DNA from: an uncultured bacterium
GTDB lineage: Bacteria; Hydrothermota; Tepidihabitantia; Tepidihabitantales; Tepidihabitantaceae
Length of the DNA stretch: 46,344 bases
Direction: 5' to 3'
Assembly: GCA_964485845.1 (NCBI GenBank)
Contig: CAZAKP010000002.1
Coordinates: 1-46,344 of the forward strand
Below the pieces are notes generated by a model. It was given only the letters and a program-made list of their open reading frames with translations. It was not told the DNA's origin and ran no database searches. Each line of letters opens with the position of its first letter. The stretch's first letter is position 1. Shown piece by piece: positions 17,535 through 27,198 of the stretch. The translations under genes were made by a program, and so were the position numbers.

Positions 17535-18107
17535 ATGCTCGAGGGGCTACTTGTGTTCGCGTTGCTCGCCGGAGTGTTGCTCGGTTGCGTGCTCCTCGGG
17601 CAGTGGGGCGTGCATCTGCAGTACGCGCAGATGGGTGCCCGGCTGCTCGCATTCGATGCCGGCGACGTCTTTCTGGCGAAGTTCGGGAGAACCGGAGATG
17701 AGGCCGTCCAGACTTTCACGAGGGACAGCGTGAGTTGGAGCGCGTATTCCAGCACGCTGCCTGCGGCCTGGCTCGGCCTGCTGCTGGACAGCCTGCCCAA
17801 TGACCGCTACGCGGGCAGCGTCCGAGGGACGCAGCGGGGGCGGTTGCCGAGTAAGGGACGTTCCCTGTTCGATTTCTCGTCCGCGGCCCTGGGCTACCAC
17901 TCCGGCTCTTCGGTGGCAACAAACGCCTGGGCCGACACGACGGCTGACGTCAAATCCAAATTCCTGAGCATCGCCTGGTGGGTGGGGTACAACGAGCAGC
18001 CCGGTGGGTCAGTGACGTCCATTCCCGAAGTGCCGCCTCCGCCCGCGACTGTCGCCATACTGCTTGGAACCATTTACGAACGAGTGGGAATCGGATCGGG
18101 CCCATGA
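17535..18107 (+). CDS. TadE-like small membrane protein
   Basis: The hydrophobic N-terminus reads MLEGLLVFALLAGVLLGCVLLGQWG, as in TadE/TadF pseudopilin-like proteins. The start is taken at ATG 17535 within ORF 17424..18107. Confidence 0.45.
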   Translation: MLEGLLVFALLAGVLLGCVLLGQWGVHLQYAQMGARLLAFDAGDVFLAKFGRTGDEAVQTFTRDSVSWSAYSSTLPAAWLGLLLDSLPNDRYAGSVRGTQRGRLPSKGRSLFDFSSAALGYHSGSSVATNAWADTTADVKSKFLSIAWWVGYNEQPGGSVTSIPEVPPPPATVAILLGTIYERVGIGSGP

Positions 18108-18225
18108 TGGTGCTGCTGCCTGTAGTCGTGAGTCAGTCGCCGGTCCGCGTAGCGTCGCTGCGAGCAACCAGGATTCGAACAGCCCGGCCCGGCCTTGAGC
18201 CGGACAGAAGGAAAGGAACCGTCAC

Positions 18226-19662
18226 ATGATGGAAACTGAGAACAGCGCGCTGATACCGGCCTCCTCGTTTGCCGCGACGGCAGAGCTGCTGGATACATCG
18301 GACCGCGCGCTGCCATCGTTCGCCGGGCCGGGCCAGGTAACGGTCGCGGAGTCGGGACCGGACCGTACTGGCGCGAGACCAGGCTCACCCAGCGACGACT
18401 TGTCCGACCTCAAACAGCGGGTTCAGAGCGAGTTGCTGCGGCGCATTGATAGGCAGAAGTCGAGTTTCGACGGCATTGGTGACGGTGAGTTCCGGTCAAG
18501 GGTGCGAGAGATAGTCGTGGCCATACTCTCGGCCCCTTCGACCGTCATTCCGGCCGGGTGGACGCCGGATTCGCTGCTGACTGAGCTGCTGCAGGATTTT
18601 CTCGGTCTCGGCCCGCTCGAGCAGTTCCTGTCCGACGACACGATTACCGAGGTGATGGTCAACCGGCCCGACCAGATCTACGTTGAGCGCGGCGGCCGGC
18701 TGGAGCTCACCAAGGCGAGGTTCCTGAACGAGAATCAGGTCCGGGCCGTGATCCAGCGGATAGTCCAGCCGCTGGGCCGTCATGTGGACGAGAGTGTTCC
18801 CTATGTCGATGCCCGACTCGCGGACGGCTCACGCGTGCACGCGATAATCCCGCCGCTCGCGATCGACGGCTCGAAGCTGACAATCCGCAAGTTCTTTAAG
18901 AACAGGCTGACTACCGACGACCTGCTCCGGCTGGGTTCGATCAATCGGCAGATGGCAAGGTTCCTTGAGATGATGGTCAGGTATCGGGCCAACATTATGA
19001 TTTCGGGCGGAACCGGTACCGGCAAGACGACGCTGCTCAACGTGCTGTCCAACTACATCCCGGACGAACAACGGATCATCACTGTTGAAGACGCAGCGGA
19101 GTTGAAGATCAACAAACGGCACGTCATCTCGCTTGAGTCCCGGAGCGCAAACACCGAGGGTACCGGTGCGGTCGCCATTCGCGAACTGGTCAGGAACACG
19201 CTCAGGATGCGGCCAGACCGGATTGTGGTAGGCGAAGTAAGAGGCGGTGAGGCCCTGGACATGCTGCAGGCGATGAACACCGGGCACGACGGGTCTCTGA
19301 CCACGATTCACGCCAACTCGCCCCGCGATGCGCTCGCACGACTGGAGACGCTGGTGCTGATGGCCGGCGTGGAGCTGCCGTCGCGGGCAATCCGGGAGCA
19401 GGTTGCGTCGGCAATCCACTTCGTGGTTCACCTGACTCGACTATCCGACGGCGTGCGCAAGGTCACTGATATCACTGAGATCACGGGGCTTGGCGAGAAT
19501 AGCGTTTTCATGACGCAGGAGGTATTCGTCTTCAGGCAAATGGGGTATGACAATGCCGGTCGCGTCACCGGCCGTTTCCAGCCGACCGGCACGATCCCCA
19601 GGGTGGTAGAGCACCTGCGTCAGCGCGGCGTCAACTTCCCGATGGAGGTATTCGCGGTCTAG
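18226..19662 (+). CDS. cpaF: CpaF/TadA-family secretion ATPase
   Basis: Walker A reads GGTGTGKTTLLN. Walker B region reads IITVEDAAEL. GEVRGGEALDMLQAMNTGHDGSLTTIHANS is present. Confidence 0.85.
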   Translation: MMETENSALIPASSFAATAELLDTSDRALPSFAGPGQVTVAESGPDRTGARPGSPSDDLSDLKQRVQSELLRRIDRQKSSFDGIGDGEFRSRVREIVVAILSAPSTVIPAGWTPDSLLTELLQDFLGLGPLEQFLSDDTITEVMVNRPDQIYVERGGRLELTKARFLNENQVRAVIQRIVQPLGRHVDESVPYVDARLADGSRVHAIIPPLAIDGSKLTIRKFFKNRLTTDDLLRLGSINRQMARFLEMMVRYRANIMISGGTGTGKTTLLNVLSNYIPDEQRIITVEDAAELKINKRHVISLESRSANTEGTGAVAIRELVRNTLRMRPDRIVVGEVRGGEALDMLQAMNTGHDGSLTTIHANSPRDALARLETLVLMAGVELPSRAIREQVASAIHFVVHLTRLSDGVRKVTDITEITGLGENSVFMTQEVFVFRQMGYDNAGRVTGRFQPTGTIPRVVEHLRQRGVNFPMEVFAV

Positions 19663-19751
19663 ACCGATCCCGCCGCCGCTGGCCGTTCTTCTCCCTGCGT
19701 CCCGACGCGCGCAAGACTACGCTGACGCACGCCTGCAATCTGTGAGAGCCA

Positions 19752-20414
19752 TCAAGGCATATTCGCGATGATACCTTGCTTGGCGAGTTTGCTGACGACC
19801 TGTGCGGCGACGCTCGTCCGGACCTCCTCCATCGTCGCCGGGTCGGTCTGGTCGCTCGTCCCGCTCCAGACCATGGTCTCGCCGCCCTTATGGGTCAGGT
19901 ACACGTCGATTTCGTTCCTCGTCAACGAGTAGGTCTCGATGTATCCCGGTTGCTGGGAGTACCACCACCAGCGATAGTAGCGGTCCCAGTAGGGACTGAA
20001 CCAGTAGTCGGGTTCGGTCGTCCAGTAACCGGGAACGTAGCGCTGCTCCATTGTGGGCGAAAGCGGCGCGACTGTCAGCACGCCGTCGAAATCGCCCTTC
20101 AGCAGGCATTCGCCCATCTGTGCCGTATCCGGTGCCCCTTGCGGGCAGAGGCGATATGACTGGGTGGCATTTACCCCGTATTTCGCCAACTCGCCGGCGA
20201 AAGCATCCTCCCACATCCGGCGTCGAGTTGCGTCCTTGCGCAGCGAGATGACCATCAACTTGTTCAACTGGGGCCGGGCGATTGACGGGTCGTGCCAGAC
20301 GTTCACCAAAGCGGTCGGCGCACACCCCGTCATCATCACTGTTGTCAGCAGGACCATCGCCGCCATGGATGCTGTCAATCCGGGTCGGCGGGCCCTCCGT
20401 CTTTCCTGAATCAT
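19752..20414 (-). CDS. Hypothetical lipoprotein (Trp/Tyr-rich)
   Basis: The signal peptide with lipobox reads MAAMVLLTTVMMTGC. RBS GGAGGA lies 6 nt upstream of ATG 20414. The YWDRYYRWWWYSQQPGY segment is notable. The ORF track runs further upstream to 20618 without support. Confidence 0.5.
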   Translation of the reverse strand: MIQERRRARRPGLTASMAAMVLLTTVMMTGCAPTALVNVWHDPSIARPQLNKLMVISLRKDATRRRMWEDAFAGELAKYGVNATQSYRLCPQGAPDTAQMGECLLKGDFDGVLTVAPLSPTMEQRYVPGYWTTEPDYWFSPYWDRYYRWWWYSQQPGYIETYSLTRNEIDVYLTHKGGETMVWSGTSDQTDPATMEEVRTSVAAQVVSKLAKQGIIANMP

Positions 20415-20554
20415 CGGTCCTCCTTCTGTCCTTTGCCGGGCTGGACGCCGAACGAGCCGAACCGGACCGCCGGCGCGTCCGGTTGCCTCGCAGGCCTCCG
20501 TTTGTTCACTTGTGCACGTCACATGCCAGCCGGACACGGGCGTTCCGGCGGGCG

Positions 20555-21187
20555 CTAGAAGCCAAGCCGTTCCTTGACCAGAATCACTCGCAGTCTGCCC
20601 GGATTGACCTCGCGACATATGGTCAAGACCTTGTTGATGCTGCTTCCGGTGTTGTAGAGTCCCCGCATTCGCTGGTCCTCCAGCGGCAGAACGTATTCAC
20701 GAATGCGGCGCATGGCCTCATCCGCGTCGGCAACGACCTTCTGAGCTCCAACCGTCCAGATGACATGAGCGGCCCCATAGGCGTAAGCGGGTAGCTGGCT
20801 GCCGGTCATCGAGGCGATGAAGAGCCTGCCGTCGAGCGTGACCGCGTGGACGCTGCCCAATGCCCAGTCCGGCGCTGCGCCCATCCGGCGCTTTTCTTTC
20901 TCGGTTATGCTGCCGGCCGGATCGCTTAGCTGTTTGCGCACCGAGAAGTAGCGCCCTGATTCGTCAATCTCGGCTTTCAGGCCCAGCGACTCAAGCGTGC
21001 GCGACGTCATTGTGAAAACCTCGGCGGCGGGCGGAATGAAGCTCAGAACCCGGTCACGGGCCCGGTCGCTGTCGTGGGCTATCTCGGCCTCGATGCCGTT
21101 AGCGGTCAGTGCCGCCGCGGTTTTCGTCAATGCCACGTCATCGGCCAGCTCATCCCACCCGGCTATCGTTCCCTTCTTTCGACTCAA
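20555..21187 (-). CDS. LUD-domain-like protein (LutC/YkgG-like), tentative
   Basis: Length and sequence flow (WALGSVHAVTLDGRLFIASMTGSQL ... VGAQKVVADADEAMRRI) resemble lactate-utilisation LUD-domain proteins. The start is TTG with RBS AAGGAG. Confidence 0.4.
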   Translation of the reverse strand: MSRKKGTIAGWDELADDVALTKTAAALTANGIEAEIAHDSDRARDRVLSFIPPAAEVFTMTSRTLESLGLKAEIDESGRYFSVRKQLSDPAGSITEKEKRRMGAAPDWALGSVHAVTLDGRLFIASMTGSQLPAYAYGAAHVIWTVGAQKVVADADEAMRRIREYVLPLEDQRMRGLYNTGSSINKVLTICREVNPGRLRVILVKERLGF

Positions 21188-21661
21188 GCGACTCCTTTCG
21201 ACTTTGCTCTGCCCCCGGAAGGCTCATCGCCCTGCTCGCCAAACCGATACCGCCCGGGACGGGTCGAACCTTGACCACACGTCCATGGGTCCCGCCAGCT
21301 TGACGCCGAGCTCCGGGTAGGCGTCGGCCGAGCCCGCAATTGACTTCCTGAGCAGACCCCGAGTCTTGGCGGGTGCAACATGTATGCCTACCTGGCCTTG
21401 ACCGGCTGCGAGCATGGCCGGAGTGGGCGGCTGGTCGTATGAAGCAGGCTTATCCACATCATTCGGGAGTTATCCACCGGTTGATAACTTCAAGGGTGCC
21501 GCCCTGCCTCGACAGCCGCGTTCAGCCAGTAAGCACTTCCGCCAAACTGTAGTAAAGCGAACGGGGGTATGATGGGCAAGTCAAGGAAGGGCTGTAACCA
21601 TTGTTGATACTCATGATGGACGTAACCTGGCGGGTGACAGAGGGCTAGCGCCGGGTTCTGA

Positions 21662-22903
21662 CTAGCGCGTCCTCACCTGCCTGCGGATAAGCCGGTACGC
21701 CATCCCGAGGACGAGGCTCGCGATACCGGCCGCCAGTGCCTGACGCGGCACCACCACGAGCATCAGGAGGCACGCGGCAAGGCCCAGGCTCGGGTACCAG
21801 GCGTCGCTTTCTTTGAGACGGAGCGCGGCGGCGTTGGTCAGGGCATAGTAGAACAAAGATGCGAACGTACTGACCGCGATAACCTGGGCGAGACCGCCGG
21901 TCAGTACGAGGATGGTGGTCAGAAGCCCGACGATGACGATGGCGACGTGAGGAGTGCCGTAGCGCGGATGCAGCCGGCTCAGAGCAACGGGAAGATCGCC
22001 GTCGCGGGCCATGGCATAGGCCATCCGCGATACGCCGAGGATGGCAGTCAGCAGCACCCCGGCAGTGGCGAACAGCGCACCGATGGACACAATGTACGCG
22101 AACGCGGGGTTGCCGACCGAGGCAATCGCGCGGGCAAGGGGCGATGAAGTTCCGGCCAGCGCCCGGGCCGGTACGAGTCCCAGGGCGGCGAGCCCGACCA
22201 TGACATAGAGCGCCGCGGAGATGACCACGGCGAGCCCGACGGCGCGCGGGACCACGCGCCGCGGGTGGCGTATCTCCTCGGCCACGACTGCGACCCGCGC
22301 GAACCCGGTGAAAGCGAAGAAGATGTAGTTGGCGCCGACGAGTATCCCGGTCCACGAGACGACGAAGGGACGGAGGTGGGCGGGATTGAAGTGGACGGCG
22401 CCGACAACGGTAAAGAAGAGCAGCACGAGGATTGTGACCGAGACGAGGATGGCGTTCAGCCTCACCGAACGGCGGATGCCGATGTAGTTGAGGGCGGTGA
22501 AGGCGGCGCAGAGCAGGACGGCGACGAGCCTCTCGCTGACGCGGGGCAGAAGCTGGGCGACATAGCCGGCAAAACTCAGCGCGACGGCCGCCCCGCCAAA
22601 CAAGTTGGATATCATCCAGATCCATCCGGCAAGGAACCCGGCGACGGGCGCTATCAGGCGCCTGGCGTATTCATACGACCCGCCCTCGGCAGGTTGCCAT
22701 TCGGTCAGCCGCACGAAGCTCTGCGCGGTCAGGAGTGCGACTGCGGCCGCGAGGATAATCGAGAGGATCAGAGCCGGCCCGGCGAGGCCGGCCAGTATGC
22801 CGATGACCACGAATATCCCTGCCCCGATGATTGCGCCGAGGTCGAGGACCAGGGCATCCAGCAGCCCGAGTGTGGGCTTCAGCGTTTCGGGGCTGCGACG
22901 CAT
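21662..22903 (-). CDS. APC-superfamily amino-acid permease
   Basis: About 12 TM segments are predicted. The N-terminal motif reads LGLLDALVLDLGAIIGAGIFVVIG. Confidence 0.8.
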   Translation of the reverse strand: MRRSPETLKPTLGLLDALVLDLGAIIGAGIFVVIGILAGLAGPALILSIILAAAVALLTAQSFVRLTEWQPAEGGSYEYARRLIAPVAGFLAGWIWMISNLFGGAAVALSFAGYVAQLLPRVSERLVAVLLCAAFTALNYIGIRRSVRLNAILVSVTILVLLFFTVVGAVHFNPAHLRPFVVSWTGILVGANYIFFAFTGFARVAVVAEEIRHPRRVVPRAVGLAVVISAALYVMVGLAALGLVPARALAGTSSPLARAIASVGNPAFAYIVSIGALFATAGVLLTAILGVSRMAYAMARDGDLPVALSRLHPRYGTPHVAIVIVGLLTTILVLTGGLAQVIAVSTFASLFYYALTNAAALRLKESDAWYPSLGLAACLLMLVVVPRQALAAGIASLVLGMAYRLIRRQVRTR

Positions 22904-23017
22904 CCCCTATTAGACCGCCGTGCAGCAGTTTCGGGTGACCGCGGGTTCGGTCCGGCCCATGGTTCAGTCTGCTGGCCCGAAAAGCACGTTTCCAGGCCTT
23001 ACGAGACAGGAGGTCCG

Positions 23018-23584
23018 ATGAAAACTAATACACTGACGGTCAGGACGCTGCTGGCGCTGGTCGCAAGTGTGGCGCTCGCCTGGTCACAGGCCGGCTACGG
23101 CCGCGGGCCGGGTATGATGGGCGCTACGAAAGGGATGATGGCCGGCACCCCGGCACCGCGAAGCTCAAGCCTCAGCAACGCCACACGGATTAAGATGCTC
23201 GACCAGCAGATCGCGTTCGTGCGGAACACGGCGGAACTTCGCACCGACCTCGCGGTCCGGCGGCTGGAGCTGCAAGAGCTGCTTTTGGCCCCAAAGCCCG
23301 ACAGCATCGCCATTGATTCCAAGTACGCGGAGATAGGCAGGATTCAGAGCGAACTGAACCAGGCCGCAGTACTCAGCACCACCGCCATGGCCAAGTTGAT
23401 TCCCGACAACGAACGTGGTCGCTACAGCCAGGACATGATGAACTACGGGATGATGGGCGGATATGGACCCGGCTACGGCATGATGAGCGGCTATGGTGTG
23501 GGCTACGGAGTGCCGAATGGCTCCTGTCCCTACTGTGTCATGATGGGGACCGACCCGGGCAACGGCGGTTTCAACTGGTGGTAA
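23018..23584 (+). CDS. Spy/CpxP/ZraP-like periplasmic stress protein with a Met/Gly/Tyr-rich C-terminal tail
   Basis: A signal peptide is present. The helical core reads IKMLDQQIAFVRNTAELRTDLAVRRLELQELLLAPKPD. The tail reads MMNYGMMGGYGPGYGMMSGYGVGYG. RBS AGGAGG precedes ATG 23018. Confidence 0.5.
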   Translation: MKTNTLTVRTLLALVASVALAWSQAGYGRGPGMMGATKGMMAGTPAPRSSSLSNATRIKMLDQQIAFVRNTAELRTDLAVRRLELQELLLAPKPDSIAIDSKYAEIGRIQSELNQAAVLSTTAMAKLIPDNERGRYSQDMMNYGMMGGYGPGYGMMSGYGVGYGVPNGSCPYCVMMGTDPGNGGFNWW

Positions 23585-23638
23585 GCAGGGAGACAAGACC
23601 GGTTCGGGGAGACCTGACGACAAAGGACGGGGAACATC

Positions 23639-24277
23639 ATGAGTGGACCGTTTGATGCGATACTGGGGTTTCACAATGCCTTCAGAAGTGACATCAGTCT
23701 GATTGACGCGGCGGCGCTGGACCTGGCGCGCGGGAATCCGGACCGCAAGTCGCAACTCGAGCGCTACCGCTTCTTCAACGAGATACTGGCGTGGCACGCG
23801 CACGGCGAGGAACAGGCCGTGTTCCCGGCGCTCGACCGGGTCGCGCCATTGCTCTCCGAGCCGTACATCACCGACCACGGCGGACTCGACACGCTGTCGG
23901 ATGCCCTGAACGCCGCCGTGTCGGCCGGCGACAGCATCGCAACTGCCCGCGCGGCCGCCGCGTTCAAATTCCATCTCGACATCCATCTGCGTAAGGAAGA
24001 TGCCCAGGTGTACCGGCTGCTGCGGGAGCGTCTGGACGATGCCGAACAGGCCAGGGTCGTCGGTACCGTGGCCACGGCCGTGCCGCAAGCTCGATTCGCA
24101 GAGACGATCGGCTGGCTGTTTCCGCTGTTAGGCGACGCCGACCGCGAAAACGTGACCAGAGTAATGCAGACGCTGCTGCCCGCTCCAGCCTTCGCCGGAA
24201 CGGCGCAACTCATCCGCAAGGCGATTGGCGACGATTGGGACGAACTGGCCCGTCGCATTCCGTCGCTCGGACAATAA
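23639..24277 (+). CDS. Hemerythrin-like (HHE cation-binding) domain protein
   Basis: His/Glu ligand-type motifs are present: HNAFRSD, WHAHGEEQAVFPAL and HLDIHLRKEDAQVY. Confidence 0.7.
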   Translation: MSGPFDAILGFHNAFRSDISLIDAAALDLARGNPDRKSQLERYRFFNEILAWHAHGEEQAVFPALDRVAPLLSEPYITDHGGLDTLSDALNAAVSAGDSIATARAAAAFKFHLDIHLRKEDAQVYRLLRERLDDAEQARVVGTVATAVPQARFAETIGWLFPLLGDADRENVTRVMQTLLPAPAFAGTAQLIRKAIGDDWDELARRIPSLGQ

Positions 24278-24290
24278 CGGAGGTATCAAA

Positions 24291-24722
24291 ATGACATCAG
24301 CGCATTTCGAGGAAACGATAGAAATCTACCACCGGGCGCTGGGCGAGCTCCTGCACGGTGACCCTGAGCCCGCGAAGGCCCTCTTTTCCACGCGCACCGA
24401 CGTGACCCTTGCCAACCCGTTCGGGCCCGCAGTCCGCGGCAAGGTCCAGGTAGACGCAGTCATCGACCGCGCTGCCCGGGGTTTCCGGGACGGTGAGGTC
24501 GAAAGCTTCGAACGGATTTCCGGCGAGGTCAGGCCCGACCTTGCCTACATCCTCGAAGTGGAACATCTCAAGGCCAGGTTGGACGGAAGCGATGACGTCA
24601 ACCCGTTCACCCTGCGCGCCACGACCGTGCTGCGTCACGAGGATGGCGAGTGGAAGATCGTCCATCGGCACGCCGACCCGATCATGGCGGCCCGGCCCAT
24701 GGAATCGGTCGTTCAGAAGTAG
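24291..24722 (+). CDS. NTF2-like (SnoaL/DUF4440-like) small protein
   Basis: The ~143-aa alpha+beta cone pattern is present. RBS GGAGG precedes ATG 24291. Confidence 0.5.
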   Translation: MTSAHFEETIEIYHRALGELLHGDPEPAKALFSTRTDVTLANPFGPAVRGKVQVDAVIDRAARGFRDGEVESFERISGEVRPDLAYILEVEHLKARLDGSDDVNPFTLRATTVLRHEDGEWKIVHRHADPIMAARPMESVVQK

Positions 24723-24743
24723 TTCTTTTCGGCCGGCACTACA

Positions 24744-24780
24744 AAAGGAGGAACGGGCACTGCCTGTTCCTCCCTTCTAC
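24744..24780. terminator. Bidirectional hairpin terminator between convergent genes
   Basis: AGGAGGAACGGGCA ct GCCTGTTCCTCCC. Confidence 0.5.
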
Positions 24781-24871
24781 TATCCCCGAGAACCAAGAGC
24801 CCGTTGCAGCTTCACCGGCGCGTTCCGGTGCGGCCGGCGAACAGCGGCATGGCTGAGCACTCAGCCGGTGG

Positions 24872-25183
24872 CTATTTGCGTCGGCCGATAATGAGCCCGG
24901 TCAGGAAACCGGCGGCCGCCGCGCCGCCGACATAGTGCCAGGGATGGCTGCGGACGTGCTTGTCGACCGCGGTTGCGGTCGCCTTGGCGGTGTCGGTTAC
25001 CTCTTTCCCCTGCTCCGACATCCAGCCGGCCGAGGCGCGGGCGGCGCCACCGAACGCATTCCGCAAGTGGCCGTACTCCTCGTCGACCAGCTTGCGGATC
25101 TCCTCGCGGCGCTCGCGCGCGGCTTCGTTCAGATGGGCCAGCGCCTGGTGCAGATTCTCATCTGCGGCTCTTGTGGTACTCAT
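24872..25183 (-). CDS. ElaB/YqjD/DUF883-family membrane-anchored stress protein
   Basis: The C-terminal signature reads HPWHYVGGAAAAGFLTGLIIGRRK. RBS AAGGAG precedes ATG 25183. Confidence 0.75.
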   Translation of the reverse strand: MSTTRAADENLHQALAHLNEAARERREEIRKLVDEEYGHLRNAFGGAARASAGWMSEQGKEVTDTAKATATAVDKHVRSHPWHYVGGAAAAGFLTGLIIGRRK

Positions 25184-26121
25184 GGTTTGCTCCTTGTTTT
25201 GTCATGTCGTATCGGCAGAAGTTCCTTCGCCACGCATCGCGCTCCCGCGCTCCGTGGACGCCGGCGCGACCCGCGCCCAGGTTCCGGCGTAGCGGCCTAG
25301 TCAATCTCGCCAAAGCAGCACCGAAATCTGACCGCGCTGTTGTGGAGAGACGGGAAGCCATCCGCCTTACCGACCACACGGCGGGTAGGCCAGAGCACGT
25401 CGGCGTGAATGGCCAGAGCTGCACCGTCCCGAAGATACGGGTACCCCGGTCGAGCGATTGCCGCTGCGGTCATAATCCTCCGTCTCATCCTGCGTCCCGA
25501 TATGTCACGTCAACGCCCGGGAGGACACATGCGATTCCGTCAGTGGGCCGTCTCGCGGCCAGTATCGGACGCAGGTCCTCCCGAGCAAACTGCGCTCCTA
25601 CATCCTGCAACAAACGTGCCGATTCCTTTCCTTTTCTCAACGATGCTGAGTACTTGTGGCAGCCCGCGTCAGTGTCCGGAGCCCGCCGGTCAGCGCACCG
25701 GCAGCGTCAGCAGAACCTGGATGCGGTAGACCACACTGGCCACGGCGACCGAGATTTCCCGGAACGCGGCGAGGCCGATGAGCGCGAGCGCGAGGCTCGC
25801 GGTTACAATCTCCAGGGTAGCGAATGCCGTTTCGTCGTGGAATAGCCCGGTTGCCAACTCGGCAGTTCCAGCCGGGTGTCCGCGCTGAACCACTGCCATA
25901 TAGCTGAGGTTAGATTTTGCCCACATAAACGGAACATGATGCAGTTTCTGTTCCCTGGTGCAGCGCAACGTAGATGGACGAGTCAGAGGATGCGCCGTCG
26001 GGGCGCCGCCCCTGAAAGACAGCGGGACAGGCCGGATGGCCTGTCCCTCTGCAGGGGGTCACTTATGCTAACAGGCAGTGTTACGTTGTGCGTCGCATGG
26101 CGACCGCAGCTCCCCGACTTT

Positions 26122-27198
26122 TTACGGTTCGGCGTCGAGATAGCCGAACAGCCCGTCGCTCTCCTCGTTCGGTCCGGCCGTGAAGTATACCTTGGTCGAG
26201 CTGCGTCCCGGCACTGACATGATTGACCAGAGTCCGTCTATCACCAGCGGGCTCTCGTCGGGCATCATCAGGTTGCCGATGAACATGCCCGAGTTGTCGA
26301 AGGCGTTGATCATGCCGTCGCCGAAGTTGCCGATGAGGAACACCTTCTTCATCGGGCCGTTGCCCGCCGGGGCCATGGTCATGCCCCAGGGCGAGTTCAG
26401 CACTCCGTGCGAGTAGAAGCGGCGGACGAAGGTGCCATTGGGGTTATAGATGTCGATGATGCCGTGGCCCGGACCGGCGAGGTCATCGCCGAAATCCGGG
26501 GGCTTGGGAATCGCGTACGACACCCAGAGCTTGTTATCGATGTTGGCGATGCCGAACGGACTGTAGTCGGCCGGAATTCCCGTGTCGACGAACGGGAAGG
26601 ACTGAACCAGGTTCCACTTGCCGTCAAAGACATCAATCCGGTGGTCGCCGAAGTTGGTCGCGTACAGGTATGTATTGCGACCGAGCGTAGCCATGGCCAG
26701 GCCCTTGTAGATGGAGCCGTCATCAACCGGGTTCACGACGATAGTTGCGTTCGGCCCGGATGCCCACGCGCAGATGATACCGTCCTCAGTCGAGATGATG
26801 AACTTCGCCCTGTCACCGGTCCCGGGAATCCAGAATTCGCTCGAGGGGTTGTAGACCTGACCAGCCGGCGCGCCGGGGTAAGTACCGTCGGCCGCGGGAA
26901 TCTGGATTGCGGGCAGTGTCGTGTTGCCCGCGCCGTCATAGAAGAAGTCCATGCCGCTGTGGTTCGCAACCACGGCGATGTTGCCCGCTCGGTCGACGTC
27001 CATGCCCCAGGCATTCAGTAGATTGGGGTCGATATTCAGCGGCGTCGGAGTGAAACCAGACATGTCGGCCACGAGGTTCGTCTGGTTGTAGATGAGGCCC
27101 GCGCGCGGCGTTGCAGGTTCGGCGTGGAGATAGCCGACGGCCATCAGGCCGAACGCTATCATGCCCGCCAGGATGAGAACCGATCGCCCGTGTTTCAT
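26122..27198 (-). CDS. Secreted beta-propeller protein, TIGR03118-like (paralog 1 of 2)
   Basis: A signal peptide is present. The sequence reads YNQTNLVADMSGFTP ... LLNAWGMDVD ... NFGDHRIDVFDG ... LNSPWGM ... GNFGDGMINAFD ... DGLWSI ... DGLFGYL. It is ~45% identical to 42599..43663. RBS GGGAGG precedes ATG 27198. Confidence 0.6.
   Translation of the reverse strand: MKHGRSVLILAGMIAFGLMAVGYLHAEPATPRAGLIYNQTNLVADMSGFTPTPLNIDPNLLNAWGMDVDRAGNIAVVANHSGMDFFYDGAGNTTLPAIQIPAADGTYPGAPAGQVYNPSSEFWIPGTGDRAKFIISTEDGIICAWASGPNATIVVNPVDDGSIYKGLAMATLGRNTYLYATNFGDHRIDVFDGKWNLVQSFPFVDTGIPADYSPFGIANIDNKLWVSYAIPKPPDFGDDLAGPGHGIIDIYNPNGTFVRRFYSHGVLNSPWGMTMAPAGNGPMKKVFLIGNFGDGMINAFDNSGMFIGNLMMPDESPLVIDGLWSIMSVPGRSSTKVYFTAGPNEESDGLFGYLDAEP

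Noticed and set aside
18160-18200. tRNA-like T-arm (reverse complement of AGGATTCGAAC gives GTTCGAATCCT) in the TadE-CpaF spacer
   Set aside because: No complementary acceptor or anticodon stems could be built around it. It is an isolated motif match.
21188-21661. Small ORF 21224..21457(-) between the LUD-like and APC permease genes
   Set aside because: It has a GTG start without an RBS and no recognisable domain. It could be real but is unsupported.
25184-25968. Small ORFs 25297..25488(-), 25158..25424(-) and 25690..25968(-) in a 780-nt gap
   Set aside because: They have no RBS, no domain match and no paralogs. The region may hold a gene remnant or be non-coding. Support is insufficient to call a feature.
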